Source: Candidatus Micrarchaeota archaeon
GTDB lineage: Archaea; Micrarchaeota; Micrarchaeia; Norongarragalinales; SBBD01
NCBI GenBank assembly: GCA_043813365.1
Contig: JBDRLB010000002.1
Location: 1-30,399 of the forward strand
Direction: 5' to 3'
Length of the DNA: 30,399 nucleotides
Shown here: piece by piece, positions 7,879 to 17,275 of the stretch
How positions within the stretch are numbered: the first letter of the stretch is position 1
How the letters are laid out: each line of letters opens with the position of its first letter
The notes under the pieces: generated by a model
The model's input: the letters and a program-made list of their open reading frames with translations, nothing else
Told to the model about the DNA's origin: nothing
The model's database searches: none
Program-made: the position numbers and the translations under genes

Positions 7879-10779
7879 TTATTTCAGGAAATAAATTGCC
7901 GGCTTCAAAGGTAGCGATTTGGATGCCTTGTTCTCCGGGTCGTTGTTCCCAACCGAATCGGCGGAATAGATTTCGAACCTGCAGTTGAAGCGTTTCTCCA
8001 AAAGGGGGACGTTCTTGGAGAGCAAATCAGTTTCCGAAAATTTGGGCAGTTTCTCGGTTTTGTAGTAATTCACGGTTTTTGAGATGGCCTGCAGGAACGA
8101 GGGGATTTGCTTTGCATGCTCATTCAGTGGGGACGATGCAATTGCCTTCTTGATGATGGAAGGCACGTCGAATTTCCCTTCCTTTTCTGAAAGCTCGAGG
8201 CTCAATTTTAACAGCTGGTTTTTCCATTCCTCAGAAGCGAATAAGCGGATGGTTTTGGGAGAAGCCTTCGTGAGTTCAATGATGCGGCCAATATCCGCAA
8301 TGGCATTCTGGAGGTATTTTTCCTCCTGCTCAAGTTCGGGCAGGATTTTTCCTTCGTTGGATGCAGGGTAGGATGCAATTGAGCAGAAAGTGGAGTTGCC
8401 CAGCTTGTGCCAAATTTCCTCTGAAAAGTGCGGCGTGAATGGGGACAGCATGAGCGTAATCTTGCCGAGGGATTCCTTCACAAGCGAGGGATTTGTATCT
8501 TTCCCCCTGGAAAGGACATAATTCCGCAGTGCATCGTTCGCCTGAAAAACGGCATGTTGGGCGGCTGTCCTGAAATTCAGGGAATCCATCGCAACATCTG
8601 CCTGCTTGATGCAAAGATTCAGCCGGCTTTCCAGCAGCTTTTCGGGCCTCTCGGAAAATTTGCCCGAAAATTCGCCAGGTTGCTTCAGCCTCTCGGCCAG
8701 CTCAATCAGGAATTCCAATATGCGGCCATATGTCTTGAGCGTCTCGTTCCTCCAATCCGCATCGTCAAGCCTTTCGCCGGAGGCGGTGATGTTCAGCCTG
8801 ACGAGGTCGGCGCCGTATTTTTGCAGCAGCTCCCTCACGGCAATGAAATTGCCCTTGCTCTTGCTCATCTTTTCCCCTTCGACATTCACATAGCCGTTGA
8901 CCGATATCCCCCGGGGCTGGTGCTCCTGCCGGAATATTGCCGCATGGTGGAACAGGAAGAAAAGCAAATGGTTCTGCACAAGGTCCTTCCCGGAATTGCG
9001 CATATCTACCGGATAGAAATATTCGAATTCCTTTTTCATCCCCTCCAGCAGCGGGGTTTTCAGGGAGGTTTTCAGCTTCACATCCTCGAGCTTCCCCTTC
9101 CCTAGGAATATGTAATCAAAAACCGCATCGGTAAGCATTTCCGGGGCAATGTCGTTCTCGTTGATTGCCCCCGAAACCGTATAGTATGCCATGTAAATCG
9201 TGGAGTCGGAAAGCGTTTCAACCTTCCATTCAAGATCCCAGGGAAGTTTCGTGCCAAGCCCGCCCTTCCTCGTACAGGCCTTGTTCTGCAGCCAGTCGAT
9301 GGTGTTTTGCATCTGCAGCCTCGCTTCCTCGGGGCAGATTTTCATCCCCTCCAGGTTTTGAATGACGAGCTTCTTCCATTCGGGATCGGAGAATTTCAGG
9401 AACCATTGGTTTTCCAGTATTTTAACGTGGCATTTCGTCATGCACCTGCAAGTTACTTCGCCAGTTGGCTCCCATATCGAGGATGCGATGCCCATTGTTT
9501 TGAACTTGGAGATGATTTTCTCCTTTGCATCTGAAATTTTCATGCCCGCAAGCTCGTTGAAAATGCCTTTCAAAGCTCCCTTGTGGAATTCCTTCTTGTA
9601 AATCTCGCTGGTAGCTGCCTCGAGTTTCTGCACTTCCTTTTGCGACTGGATTCCCATCTTCTTGCATTCTTCCATTGCAGGGAAATCGCCGTACCCATCC
9701 ACCTTGATGAGGGAAATCGGCTCGAGGTTGTTTAGGATGTTCACTTCCAGCGCGTATTCCTGAATTTGCTGGTAGTTTTTCTTCAGATCTTCCAAAGCGA
9801 TGTAATCATAAGGCGCGTGGGCGGGAACGCTCATGACTATTCCAGTAGCATGTTCGGGAAGGACGAAGGGAGCTGGGTAGATGGGCACGAGTTCCTTTAG
9901 CAGCACGTTGGAGCAGTTTTTGCCTATGAGCTTCTTGGGGTCGATTTCGCCGATTATTTCGATTTTGTGCTGCTGGTCCTGCAGCTTCAAAATTGCATCT
10001 TCGGAGAGGAGCCAGGTTTCGCCATCAATTTTCACTTTGGAGTATTTTCCCAGCGGATTCAGCCATAGATTAGTCACCCCAAGCAGCGTTTCGGGCCTTA
10101 GGGTAGCGCAAGGGAGGATGATCTTTTCTGCCTCGTAAAACATCTCGAATTTTATTATCGTGTATTCAACGGGGGATTCGCCTTCCCCTACATAACGGTC
10201 ATGGTCCCCAGTTGGGGAGAGGTCGTACGGGCACCAGATAACGGGATGCGTTCCTTGCACAACAAACCCCTTTTTCCTTAAGGTGTTGTATTGCCATTCG
10301 ATGAACCGGGAATATGTGGGCGTTAAATCGGTTGTGATGAATTTCCTCCTCCAATCAATTGAAGCGCCAGCTGCCGTGAGATCCTCGATCCAGCGCTGCA
10401 TCCAGAATTTCGCGACGAATTCCGGGCCTGCACGGAAATTTTGGATGTCGCGCTCCGTTGCCCCTGCTTTCTTGAAATTTTCCATCTGGGCGGCATCGTT
10501 TTTCCTCAGACGCTCAACTGTGCCCATTATGGGCTCCCCGGTTGCATGGAAACCCTGCGGGAATAGAACGTTGAAGCCTTTCATGCGCTTGTACCTTGCA
10601 TATGCATCGGTGCGGAAGAAGGAATAGGAGTGGCCCACATGCATGGAGCCGTTCAAATAGGGGTAGGGGAAGGTGATCAGGAACTTCTTCTTGGAAGGAT
10701 TTACGTCCGCCTCAAACAGCTTCGCCTCCTGCCACTTCTGCTGCCACTTCTTTTCATTGGAAATGAAATCGAATGCCAT
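7879..10779 (-). CDS. leuS: Leucine--tRNA ligase (archaeal type)
   Basis: FPYPYLNGSMHVGH (HIGH), CP1 editing motifs ATLRPET and GIVMSVPAHAPYD, GKDL, KMSKSKGN and a PLKPAIY C-terminus. Confidence 0.98.
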   Translation of the reverse strand: MAFDFISNEKKWQQKWQEAKLFEADVNPSKKKFLITFPYPYLNGSMHVGHSYSFFRTDAYARYKRMKGFNVLFPQGFHATGEPIMGTVERLRKNDAAQMENFKKAGATERDIQNFRAGPEFVAKFWMQRWIEDLTAAGASIDWRRKFITTDLTPTYSRFIEWQYNTLRKKGFVVQGTHPVIWCPYDLSPTGDHDRYVGEGESPVEYTIIKFEMFYEAEKIILPCATLRPETLLGVTNLWLNPLGKYSKVKIDGETWLLSEDAILKLQDQQHKIEIIGEIDPKKLIGKNCSNVLLKELVPIYPAPFVLPEHATGIVMSVPAHAPYDYIALEDLKKNYQQIQEYALEVNILNNLEPISLIKVDGYGDFPAMEECKKMGIQSQKEVQKLEAATSEIYKKEFHKGALKGIFNELAGMKISDAKEKIISKFKTMGIASSIWEPTGEVTCRCMTKCHVKILENQWFLKFSDPEWKKLVIQNLEGMKICPEEARLQMQNTIDWLQNKACTRKGGLGTKLPWDLEWKVETLSDSTIYMAYYTVSGAINENDIAPEMLTDAVFDYIFLGKGKLEDVKLKTSLKTPLLEGMKKEFEYFYPVDMRNSGKDLVQNHLLFFLFHHAAIFRQEHQPRGISVNGYVNVEGEKMSKSKGNFIAVRELLQKYGADLVRLNITASGERLDDADWRNETLKTYGRILEFLIELAERLKQPGEFSGKFSERPEKLLESRLNLCIKQADVAMDSLNFRTAAQHAVFQANDALRNYVLSRGKDTNPSLVKESLGKITLMLSPFTPHFSEEIWHKLGNSTFCSIASYPASNEGKILPELEQEEKYLQNAIADIGRIIELTKASPKTIRLFASEEWKNQLLKLSLELSEKEGKFDVPSIIKKAIASSPLNEHAKQIPSFLQAISKTVNYYKTEKLPKFSETDLLSKNVPLLEKRFNCRFEIYSADSVGNNDPENKASKSLPLKPAIYFLK

Positions 10780-10912
10780 ATGCAACACAATGATTATCAG
10801 ATGGAAATAGAAAATATATACAGGTATGCTGGAAAACCATTAAAAATCAGTTTTCAGAGTGGAAGTGAAAATATTTATATACTTAAAACACCATGACGGT
10901 ATAACGATAAAT

Positions 10913-11047
10913 ATGTTCGAGGGGTATGGCCTGCTGATGGCCGCATTCATAGCATACATGCTCGCGAAGACAGCCATAAAGAGCGATGGGCCAATTGAGC
11001 TTCTTTTTTATTTTGCGGTTGTTGTATGGGCAATGAATGCGCTCTGA
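10913..11047 (+). CDS. Putative 44-aa membrane microprotein
   Basis: Two hydrophobic segments. Divergent from leuS behind an AT-rich, TATA-containing spacer. Confidence 0.5.
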   Translation: MFEGYGLLMAAFIAYMLAKTAIKSDGPIELLFYFAVVVWAMNAL

Positions 11048-11117
11048 TTGTTTTGAACCGCCAATTGTATTCGGTGCCCTCGAAGCAGCCGTTTGCCCAC
11101 ACGCAATCATCAATCGG

Positions 11118-11570
11118 CTATCGCCCCCTCCCCGGTTTCCGCCTCCCTATGGGCAGTTCCTTCTCCATGAATACGTGGCTGGCAAGCATGGATTTCCGCA
11201 AATATTCGTGGAGATTGCGGGAGATGAAATTTAGGTTTGGGTGGGGTGAACGCACAAATACCGATGCGCCCCATTCGATTGTCCGCAATATGGAAGATGG
11301 GTTGTATGTAGACTGGGTTGAAGTAAGTTGAACGGTGATTGGCGGCAATGGCTTGGCATTCCTTGAAGGGGCCATTGTAACCGTAACATTAGAGGTTATT
11401 GCAGGAAAACGGCTCGCCTTGGGCTTCGCGGTTATTTCTGTATTTTCCGCGAGTTCAACTTTGGCCACCCCCTTGAAAAACATCCGCACGTTGTGTTCGA
11501 GTTCGGTTAATCTGCGGCCATGGCGCTCGATCCGTTTTTGAAATATCTGTTCCGATGCAGATGCCATCAT
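11118..11570 (-). CDS. Hypothetical basic protein
   Basis: Starts 2 nt after the srp54 stop, with a GTGA motif upstream. Ends in an Arg/Lys tail (GRRKPGRGR). No family recognised. Confidence 0.65.
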   Translation of the reverse strand: MMASASEQIFQKRIERHGRRLTELEHNVRMFFKGVAKVELAENTEITAKPKASRFPAITSNVTVTMAPSRNAKPLPPITVQLTSTQSTYNPSSILRTIEWGASVFVRSPHPNLNFISRNLHEYLRKSMLASHVFMEKELPIGRRKPGRGR

Positions 11571-11572
11571 AT

Positions 11573-14500
11573 TCACATTTTGAGGCCCGGAGGCAGCATG
11601 TTGCCAAAGCGCTTCATCAGCCCCCGGTTGCCCTTCATGCCCTTCATCATTTTTGAGATTTTCTCGAAATTGCTCACCAGTTCGCGCACGTCATCCGGCT
11701 TCAGGCCCGCTCCGGAAGCGACCCTTTCCTGGCGGCTCTTGTTCTTCATAAGTTCCGGGGTGGTGCGCTCTTTTCTCGTCATGCTTTGCACAGCTGCTTC
11801 GTAGGACTTCATCTTCTGCTCGCTTTGCCCGAGCACTTCTTCGGGAACGTCATACATCCCAAGCATCTGCAAAATCTGCTTCATGGGGCCCATTTTCCTC
11901 ATTGAGCGCATCTGGGCGAGGAATGTCTCGTAATCGAGCTTCCCATCCTCCAAAACTTTTTTCATCGCCTCCTCGTCGGAAATCTCCTGCACTTTCGAGA
12001 GCAGGGATTCGAGGTCGGCGAATCCAACTAAACGAGCAACGAATTTCTTTGCATCGAAAACCTCAAGCGCATCGGGCTTTTCCCCAAGAGTAAGGAAGGC
12101 GACTCGTGAGTTTGAGGCCTTGACTGCGGAAAGCGCGCCGCCTCCCTTTCCGGAGCCATCCATCTTCGTTACAATTACTCCGGTTACCCCCACGGCATCA
12201 TTGAATTGCGACGCCTGCTTCCCTGCAACCTGGCCCAAATCAGCGGAAACAACGAGGTATTTCTCGTCCGGAACGAAAACGTCGTTGATTTTCTTGAGCT
12301 CCTTTGCAAGCTCGCCATCGAAAGCGCTCCTTCCCGCAGAATCGAAAATTAGGATATCATATTGCTGCTGGAGTTTGAGCGATTCTGCTGCTATCTGATC
12401 GGCGGTTTTCCCCCTGTCGCCGTAAAAGCCGCACCTCACCTGCTCTGAGAGCTGCTGCAATTGCTCAACTGCGGCTGGGCGGTGCACATCCCCTGCAATT
12501 ACGCACACTTTGAGCCCCTTGCCTTGGTAGAATTTTGCGAGTTTTGCGATGGAAGTCGTATTATGGACGATCATTTCGTTTGCGACGAAGTTGTGATGTT
12601 CTTCCACAGTCAAGTCGTAAACCCATTCTTCCTGATCTGTTTGAGATATCCTGGAAATGCGAAGCCAGTTGACATCGGAATCAGCAAGCAAACGCAGTTG
12701 ATGTTCTGCTTCGCGGGTCGTTCGGGTTGCCTGCTGGAGTTTCTCATGCCCAGTTGGGGTAAGCGACACCTTAAGGGGAGAATTAACGCTGAAAGCCACA
12801 AAGCCTAGCCTGTAGAGCCGAGAAAGAGTCGCATTCAACCAGCCACGATTGCCTATTTTTTCTTCAAGGGCAGAATACGTTTCCTCGCCGCGCACTTGCT
12901 CCAGAAGGGGGAGCCAACTTTTTTTAGGTGCAAAAACGCAGGATAAAAACTTGCGCAGGGAATTCTTTGAAATCGCTTTCTTTGACTCGGAAAGTCCGTA
13001 GGAAGAGACGCCCCGGTTTTGCAGCTCGCCAATTGAAAGCCCATATTTTTCGCGTACTGTTTTAAGTAGCGATCCAGTCGGGATGTGTTCATAAAAGCCA
13101 AGCCCTTGGCCTTCGCCTATAGCGCTAGCCTCCAATAAGCGTTTTTGCTTTTTAGGAACCAGGGAAAAAATTTGGCTGGCGAAATCCTCCACGTTGCGCG
13201 ACCGCAGGAAAACTCGATAGTATGGAACGCCATTGACCCGCTTGATGGATAATGAGGGGAAAAAGCCAAACTGAAGCAGCAGTAAGCGCAAATCGCCGCT
13301 TAGACCCTCGCTCGCTGTAGCAAACTCCACGGAACGTTTGTTGGAATCGACGTAGCCGTCGCAGTCAAAATATGCGCGGAGAAAGCGCGCTTTTTGGGGC
13401 TGGCTTCCCTGAAGGATCAAGGCGGGGATTCTAACGGAATCGCTTTTCCTGCCAAGCGGGAAACCAAATAATGCGTGAAACAGCGAAGTTGCCGTGATGG
13501 AAGAAATATAAACCCGGAATAATGCTTTTGAGCGCTTTGATTGCAAAGATTTGGCACCAATGCCAAAAAGGCTTTCAAAAAGCAATTTCGAGCGGCTTAT
13601 AATAGCCGGTTCTTCATTTACCACTTCCAAAGACTGATCATCCATATGCCCATCTGCAATAAAATAACCTAAAAATTCGGCCAAATCATCGGAAGGCAGA
13701 AGAGGGAATTTGATGATGTCATGCGCGCCAGAAGCCTTGACATGAATTTCATCCGATAAAATATATTTAGGAAATACCGCACGTAGCAGCCATAAGGGCA
13801 CAAAACCCTTTTTTAGCAAATGAGTTATGCTTGCATAGTTGGAGGAGGATTTTGCCTCCTGATGCAGCATCTGCAAGGTCGTTTTTTTACGCTTCAACTC
13901 CTGCTTAATTTGTGACGCCAAATCGAAATCAACGATCGAGAGCTCGCTTGGCGCATACTGCATAAAGGCGTGCTTCAAATCAAACGGAATCCCGGAGGAG
14001 GAAAGGTTTGAAGGGACAGCAATAAAATCGCCTACGTGCAATGAATCTGCGCGTGCTTGAATCATCTGGCCGTTTTTTAGAGAAAAGAACGGATGCTCCG
14101 GTGTAGAAGATATTGTGTGCTGATTCCCATTATCCAAATAAATGGAATACAGGGGATCTGTTTTCTTCAATTTCCAAAGGTAAGTAGCTTTTCCCGCAGT
14201 CATTTTCATAGTTTTGAGATCTAAGCACGGGACATCCAAAGGAGTTTGAAGGGATTTTATGTACCCGCCATCTACCTTTTCTTCTATAGCTTGGGTTTGC
14301 TCATAAAGTTCTTTCGCGGAAAAGACACGCCCATCATGAAGAGGGATGCGTGAGCTGCCAGAAACGCATTTTCCACTGCCAAAAAGCCCCAAAATGAGTA
14401 TTTTCTGCTTTTTCAATTGCGGCTCGTATTTTTCCCCAAGGATCGCAACCAGTTCGTCGTAAACAATCTTTACGATGTGCTCACGGAGGTTGAGGCGTTC

Positions 14501-14695
14501 GGCTTTCTTTTCTGTCAACGCCTTTTCCTCGATTTTTTTGGTGAGCTCGTATACGAGTTTCACGTTCACATCGTTTGAAATAAGCACGCGCTGAAGCTCC
14601 TTCACAAGCTCCTTTATCGCCTTCTCATCCACTATGGCAGCGCCGGTTATGCGGTTCAGTGCGCGCCGGATGCCTTCACCGAGGTCCATCGTCAT
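11573..14695 (-). CDS. srp54: Signal recognition particle 54 kDa protein precursor containing an intein
   Basis: N domain (LQRVLISNDV), GLFGSGK|TT P-loop, DVHRPAA, DSAGR, TKMDGSGKGGGALS and a Met-rich M domain. Removing the intein leaves 437 aa. Confidence 0.97.
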   Translation of the reverse strand: MTMDLGEGIRRALNRITGAAIVDEKAIKELVKELQRVLISNDVNVKLVYELTKKIEEKALTEKKAERLNLREHIVKIVYDELVAILGEKYEPQLKKQKILILGLFGSGKCVSGSSRIPLHDGRVFSAKELYEQTQAIEEKVDGGYIKSLQTPLDVPCLDLKTMKMTAGKATYLWKLKKTDPLYSIYLDNGNQHTISSTPEHPFFSLKNGQMIQARADSLHVGDFIAVPSNLSSSGIPFDLKHAFMQYAPSELSIVDFDLASQIKQELKRKKTTLQMLHQEAKSSSNYASITHLLKKGFVPLWLLRAVFPKYILSDEIHVKASGAHDIIKFPLLPSDDLAEFLGYFIADGHMDDQSLEVVNEEPAIISRSKLLFESLFGIGAKSLQSKRSKALFRVYISSITATSLFHALFGFPLGRKSDSVRIPALILQGSQPQKARFLRAYFDCDGYVDSNKRSVEFATASEGLSGDLRLLLLQFGFFPSLSIKRVNGVPYYRVFLRSRNVEDFASQIFSLVPKKQKRLLEASAIGEGQGLGFYEHIPTGSLLKTVREKYGLSIGELQNRGVSSYGLSESKKAISKNSLRKFLSCVFAPKKSWLPLLEQVRGEETYSALEEKIGNRGWLNATLSRLYRLGFVAFSVNSPLKVSLTPTGHEKLQQATRTTREAEHQLRLLADSDVNWLRISRISQTDQEEWVYDLTVEEHHNFVANEMIVHNTTSIAKLAKFYQGKGLKVCVIAGDVHRPAAVEQLQQLSEQVRCGFYGDRGKTADQIAAESLKLQQQYDILIFDSAGRSAFDGELAKELKKINDVFVPDEKYLVVSADLGQVAGKQASQFNDAVGVTGVIVTKMDGSGKGGGALSAVKASNSRVAFLTLGEKPDALEVFDAKKFVARLVGFADLESLLSKVQEISDEEAMKKVLEDGKLDYETFLAQMRSMRKMGPMKQILQMLGMYDVPEEVLGQSEQKMKSYEAAVQSMTRKERTTPELMKNKSRQERVASGAGLKPDDVRELVSNFEKISKMMKGMKGNRGLMKRFGNMLPPGLKM
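12560..14368 (-). mobile_element. Intein (603 aa) with LAGLIDADG homing endonuclease
   Basis: Starts CVSGSSRI (block A). Also contains STPEHPF (block B), LGYFIADG and FLRAYFDCDG (endonuclease blocks C and E), WVYDLTV..HNFVAN (block F) and IVHN|T (block G). Confidence 0.97.
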
Positions 14696-14728
14696 CGCTC
14701 ATAAGATCTAAGATAATAGTAATAAAAA

Positions 14729-14821
14729 TGGGGGCGCTGAGATGAATTCCGGCTGCTAGCCGTTTGAACTCAGATCAACAGCTCCCAAAGCTGCCAGCAT
14801 ACCAGGTTGGCCCACGCCCCC
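14729..14821 (-). tRNA. tRNA-Pro(TGG) with a 20-nt intron at 58/59 (14744..14763)
   Basis: Acceptor GGGGGCG/CGCCCCC+A and anticodon arm GCAGC-TTTGGGA-GCTGT. T arm CTGAG-TTCAA^AT-CTCAG is restored on removing ACGGCTAGCAGCCGGAATTC. No encoded CCA. Confidence 0.92.
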
Positions 14822-14919
14822 AAAGCAAGTAAAAAATAGGAAATTGAGGTTTAAAATTGGTTGGAATGGGGGCTTGGGAAGGCTCGCACTGGGGGAAGGG
14901 AAAAAAGAAAGGATGGGGG

Positions 14920-15201
14920 TTACCTCCTGCGCCTCGGCTTTGATGCTGCTGGCGAGAAGATCTCGATTGGTTTGGAGGTGCGCTCGTGCAGTATTCCAAG
15001 CTTCTCCTCGATCAGATGTAGCTTGTAGAATACGTAGATGGAAAGCGCCGAAAGGAAAGCACCTACTCCCGAGGTATATTGCATTTCGCTGAAATCCGAT
15101 TCGGCGAAATATTGCGCAGTGAGCATAAGGAAGATCAGTAGTGAAATTATGAAAACTATTTCCTCATCCAGCGGAACGCCGATAACGTTGACCTTGACCA
15201 T
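14920..15201 (-). CDS. Small 2-TM membrane protein, unknown function
   Basis: GGTGA before the ATG, two hydrophobic helices and a basic tail. Confidence 0.7.
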   Translation of the reverse strand: MVKVNVIGVPLDEEIVFIISLLIFLMLTAQYFAESDFSEMQYTSGVGAFLSALSIYVFYKLHLIEEKLGILHERTSKPIEIFSPAASKPRRRR

Positions 15202-15302
15202 CAGAAATCACCTTTAATCGGTTACAGTTGGGCGATTTATAAGCATTATCCTAGCAAGGCATAACTGCCGGCAGTAGGGGGCATGGGAACGGCTTGTTGC
15301 AG

Positions 15303-16127
15303 TCATTCCTTCTTCATCCTTCCTCGGGGCTTGGGAATCTTTAACTCGGGATAGATTCCCTCGAGCATCTCGCCGGAAAGGTAGGGTGAAAAGCCCATTT
15401 GCATCATTATGCGGTAGAGGGAATATTTGCAAAGGAAGGGCTCATTTTCCGGCAGCAACCCCTCCTTCTGCGCTTCGAGGAGCAGCGGAACCAGCTTTCC
15501 GAAGGATTTCCTCATGGGATATTTTGAGAGAAGCACATTCAGTTTGGAAAAATGCTGCGGGTTGGAATGGAATTGCGCTATCTTGTTGTCAATGGTGCTT
15601 AAGGTATGGACCATGCAGGAGAGCACTTCCTTCCTCTCGGCAACTTCAAGGTTCACCTTCCTTATGGCTATCCAGCCCCCGTAGTTTGCGGCAAACCGGA
15701 ACTCCTTCTTGGAGGGCTTGCCGGATGCCTTTGCCTTGACGGGAAACAGCCTCTCGAAAAGGGCGGAAAAATAATAGCCAACCGCGATATCGGTGACGGG
15801 GGAAAGCTTCTTCTCGAGCACCCTGGCGGGGTCGCGGTCATCCTTGCAGAAAGGCTTCACTTGCGCTTCCAGTGTGCCGGGCCTGATTTGCTGAAGGGCT
15901 GAAACGAATGCGGGGATGTTGTTTATCTTTGCTGCTTCGGGTTGGGCGAGTTTTGCAATGCCCTGCCGATCTATGGGAGCGTAATCGTAGAGCTTCTTCC
16001 TGATTATTTCAATGGTGTTCTCAAGGAATGCCGATGCGCCTTGGTTGGAGAGCTGCTGGTCCTTGAGCTCCTCGCTATGCTGCAGGTCAGGAAAATTGCA
16101 CTGCAACATTATGAATTCGGAAGGCAT
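15303..16127 (-). CDS. DUF2666-like archaeal protein
   Basis: FRFAANYGGWIAIRK...TIDNKI and C-terminal YPELKIPKPRGR resemble DUF2666 as I recall it. Confidence 0.6.
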   Translation of the reverse strand: MPSEFIMLQCNFPDLQHSEELKDQQLSNQGASAFLENTIEIIRKKLYDYAPIDRQGIAKLAQPEAAKINNIPAFVSALQQIRPGTLEAQVKPFCKDDRDPARVLEKKLSPVTDIAVGYYFSALFERLFPVKAKASGKPSKKEFRFAANYGGWIAIRKVNLEVAERKEVLSCMVHTLSTIDNKIAQFHSNPQHFSKLNVLLSKYPMRKSFGKLVPLLLEAQKEGLLPENEPFLCKYSLYRIMMQMGFSPYLSGEMLEGIYPELKIPKPRGRMKKE

Positions 16128-16207
16128 ACTAACCCCTCATAACAGAAAAGCGTTTTCAATTTGAAATTAGGAATATATATTGCTTGTGTTTTTAAGGGAA
16201 AGGAAAA

Positions 16208-16441
16208 TCACGCCTTGCCCTTGATCGATGCTAGCGTCTTCCGGGTAGTTACGCCGACCGAGGTCTCGAGGGAATACGCGCCACCTGCAAACTGCGTGTT
16301 GCAGCTCCTGCAGCACCAGCGCCCAAACCCCTCCCGGTTCACGCTCTTCTTACCGCATTTCGGGCACGGATAGAGCTTCCTTTGCTGCTTAAGCACTTCG
16401 TTTTCGCGTTTCCTGATCTTCACTCCATAATGGGAACCCAT
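16208..16441 (-). CDS. rpl37ae: 50S ribosomal protein L37Ae (eL43)
   Basis: HYGVKIRK, CPKC..CRSC zinc ribbon and FAGGAY. AGGTGA precedes ATG 16441. Canonical position after rrp42. Confidence 0.95.
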   Translation of the reverse strand: MGSHYGVKIRKRENEVLKQQRKLYPCPKCGKKSVNREGFGRWCCRSCNTQFAGGAYSLETSVGVTTRKTLASIKGKA

Positions 16442-16466
16442 AAATTTCACCTAATTCGGCATTCAA

Positions 16467-17237
16467 TTAAATCAGCGACCTAAGTTCGCGTCCCTTCTCT
16501 AGCGCGATGTCAATCATCTGGAGCATCTCGTCCTTCCTGAATGCGGCCCTTCCCGATTTCTGGGCTGCACATACGAGATCGCCGTCGCAGGTTGCAATTG
16601 AAAGCCTGCCTTCTGAAGCGACTTCCTCCTCGTCGGTCGCATCAAGCACCAGCTTGCCATCGATCCTTTCAAAACTGCAAACGGAAACCTTCTTGGAGAC
16701 CGGCAGTGGACCCACAAAATCCGTGCGGTTAAGCTTGCCATCCTCGTATTTGGGTATTTTTGTGTCCATGAGCGCGCCCATTGCTGCAAGGGCAGCACAA
16801 TCAATGAGGTTGCCGGAATGGTCCATGATGTAAAGGTCGACGAATATCCCAAGCGCCTTCTTTTCCTCCAGGAAGAGCTTCTTCACATCAATCGCATTTG
16901 CCGAGCGTATCCCCCTATCAACAACGCGTGCGAGCTCGATTGACGACTCATTCGGCGGGCCGGGGTTGAATTCGGGGTGTGCTGCTGGAAGGAATTCCGC
17001 TGTGACCTGAAAAACGCCTTCTTCGGGCCTGTCACGGTAGGGCTCGACGATGTCGAATTTCACTCCCGCAAGCACTTTCGTATTCCCTATCTGCGCAAAG
17101 CACGATCCTTCCGCATTTTTCAAGTACCCTTTTTCGAGCGTGATCTCGCGGTAGTCTAGCATGCCGCGGTCATCAGGCCGCTTGTTACCCTTGAGAAGGT
17201 CCTTTACGTAATCTTCCTTGATTTCATCCAATATCAT
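16467..17237 (-). CDS. rrp42: Exosome complex component Rrp42
   Basis: KRPDDR..DYR, AEGS..QIGNTKV, PGPP..ELARVVDRGIR and GNLID. Confidence 0.97.
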   Translation of the reverse strand: MILDEIKEDYVKDLLKGNKRPDDRGMLDYREITLEKGYLKNAEGSCFAQIGNTKVLAGVKFDIVEPYRDRPEEGVFQVTAEFLPAAHPEFNPGPPNESSIELARVVDRGIRSANAIDVKKLFLEEKKALGIFVDLYIMDHSGNLIDCAALAAMGALMDTKIPKYEDGKLNRTDFVGPLPVSKKVSVCSFERIDGKLVLDATDEEEVASEGRLSIATCDGDLVCAAQKSGRAAFRKDEMLQMIDIALEKGRELRSLI

Positions 17238-17275
17238 ACATAACACCGTTTTCCATAATTAATCGCAAACTGTAT

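Noticed and set aside
16441..16462. In-frame ATG-CCG-AAT-TAG upstream of rpl37ae, suggesting amber readthrough or pyrrolysine
   Set aside because: The TAG is part of the AGGTGA ribosome-binding motif for ATG 16441. The extension does not resemble eL43, and TAG serves as a normal stop elsewhere in the window.
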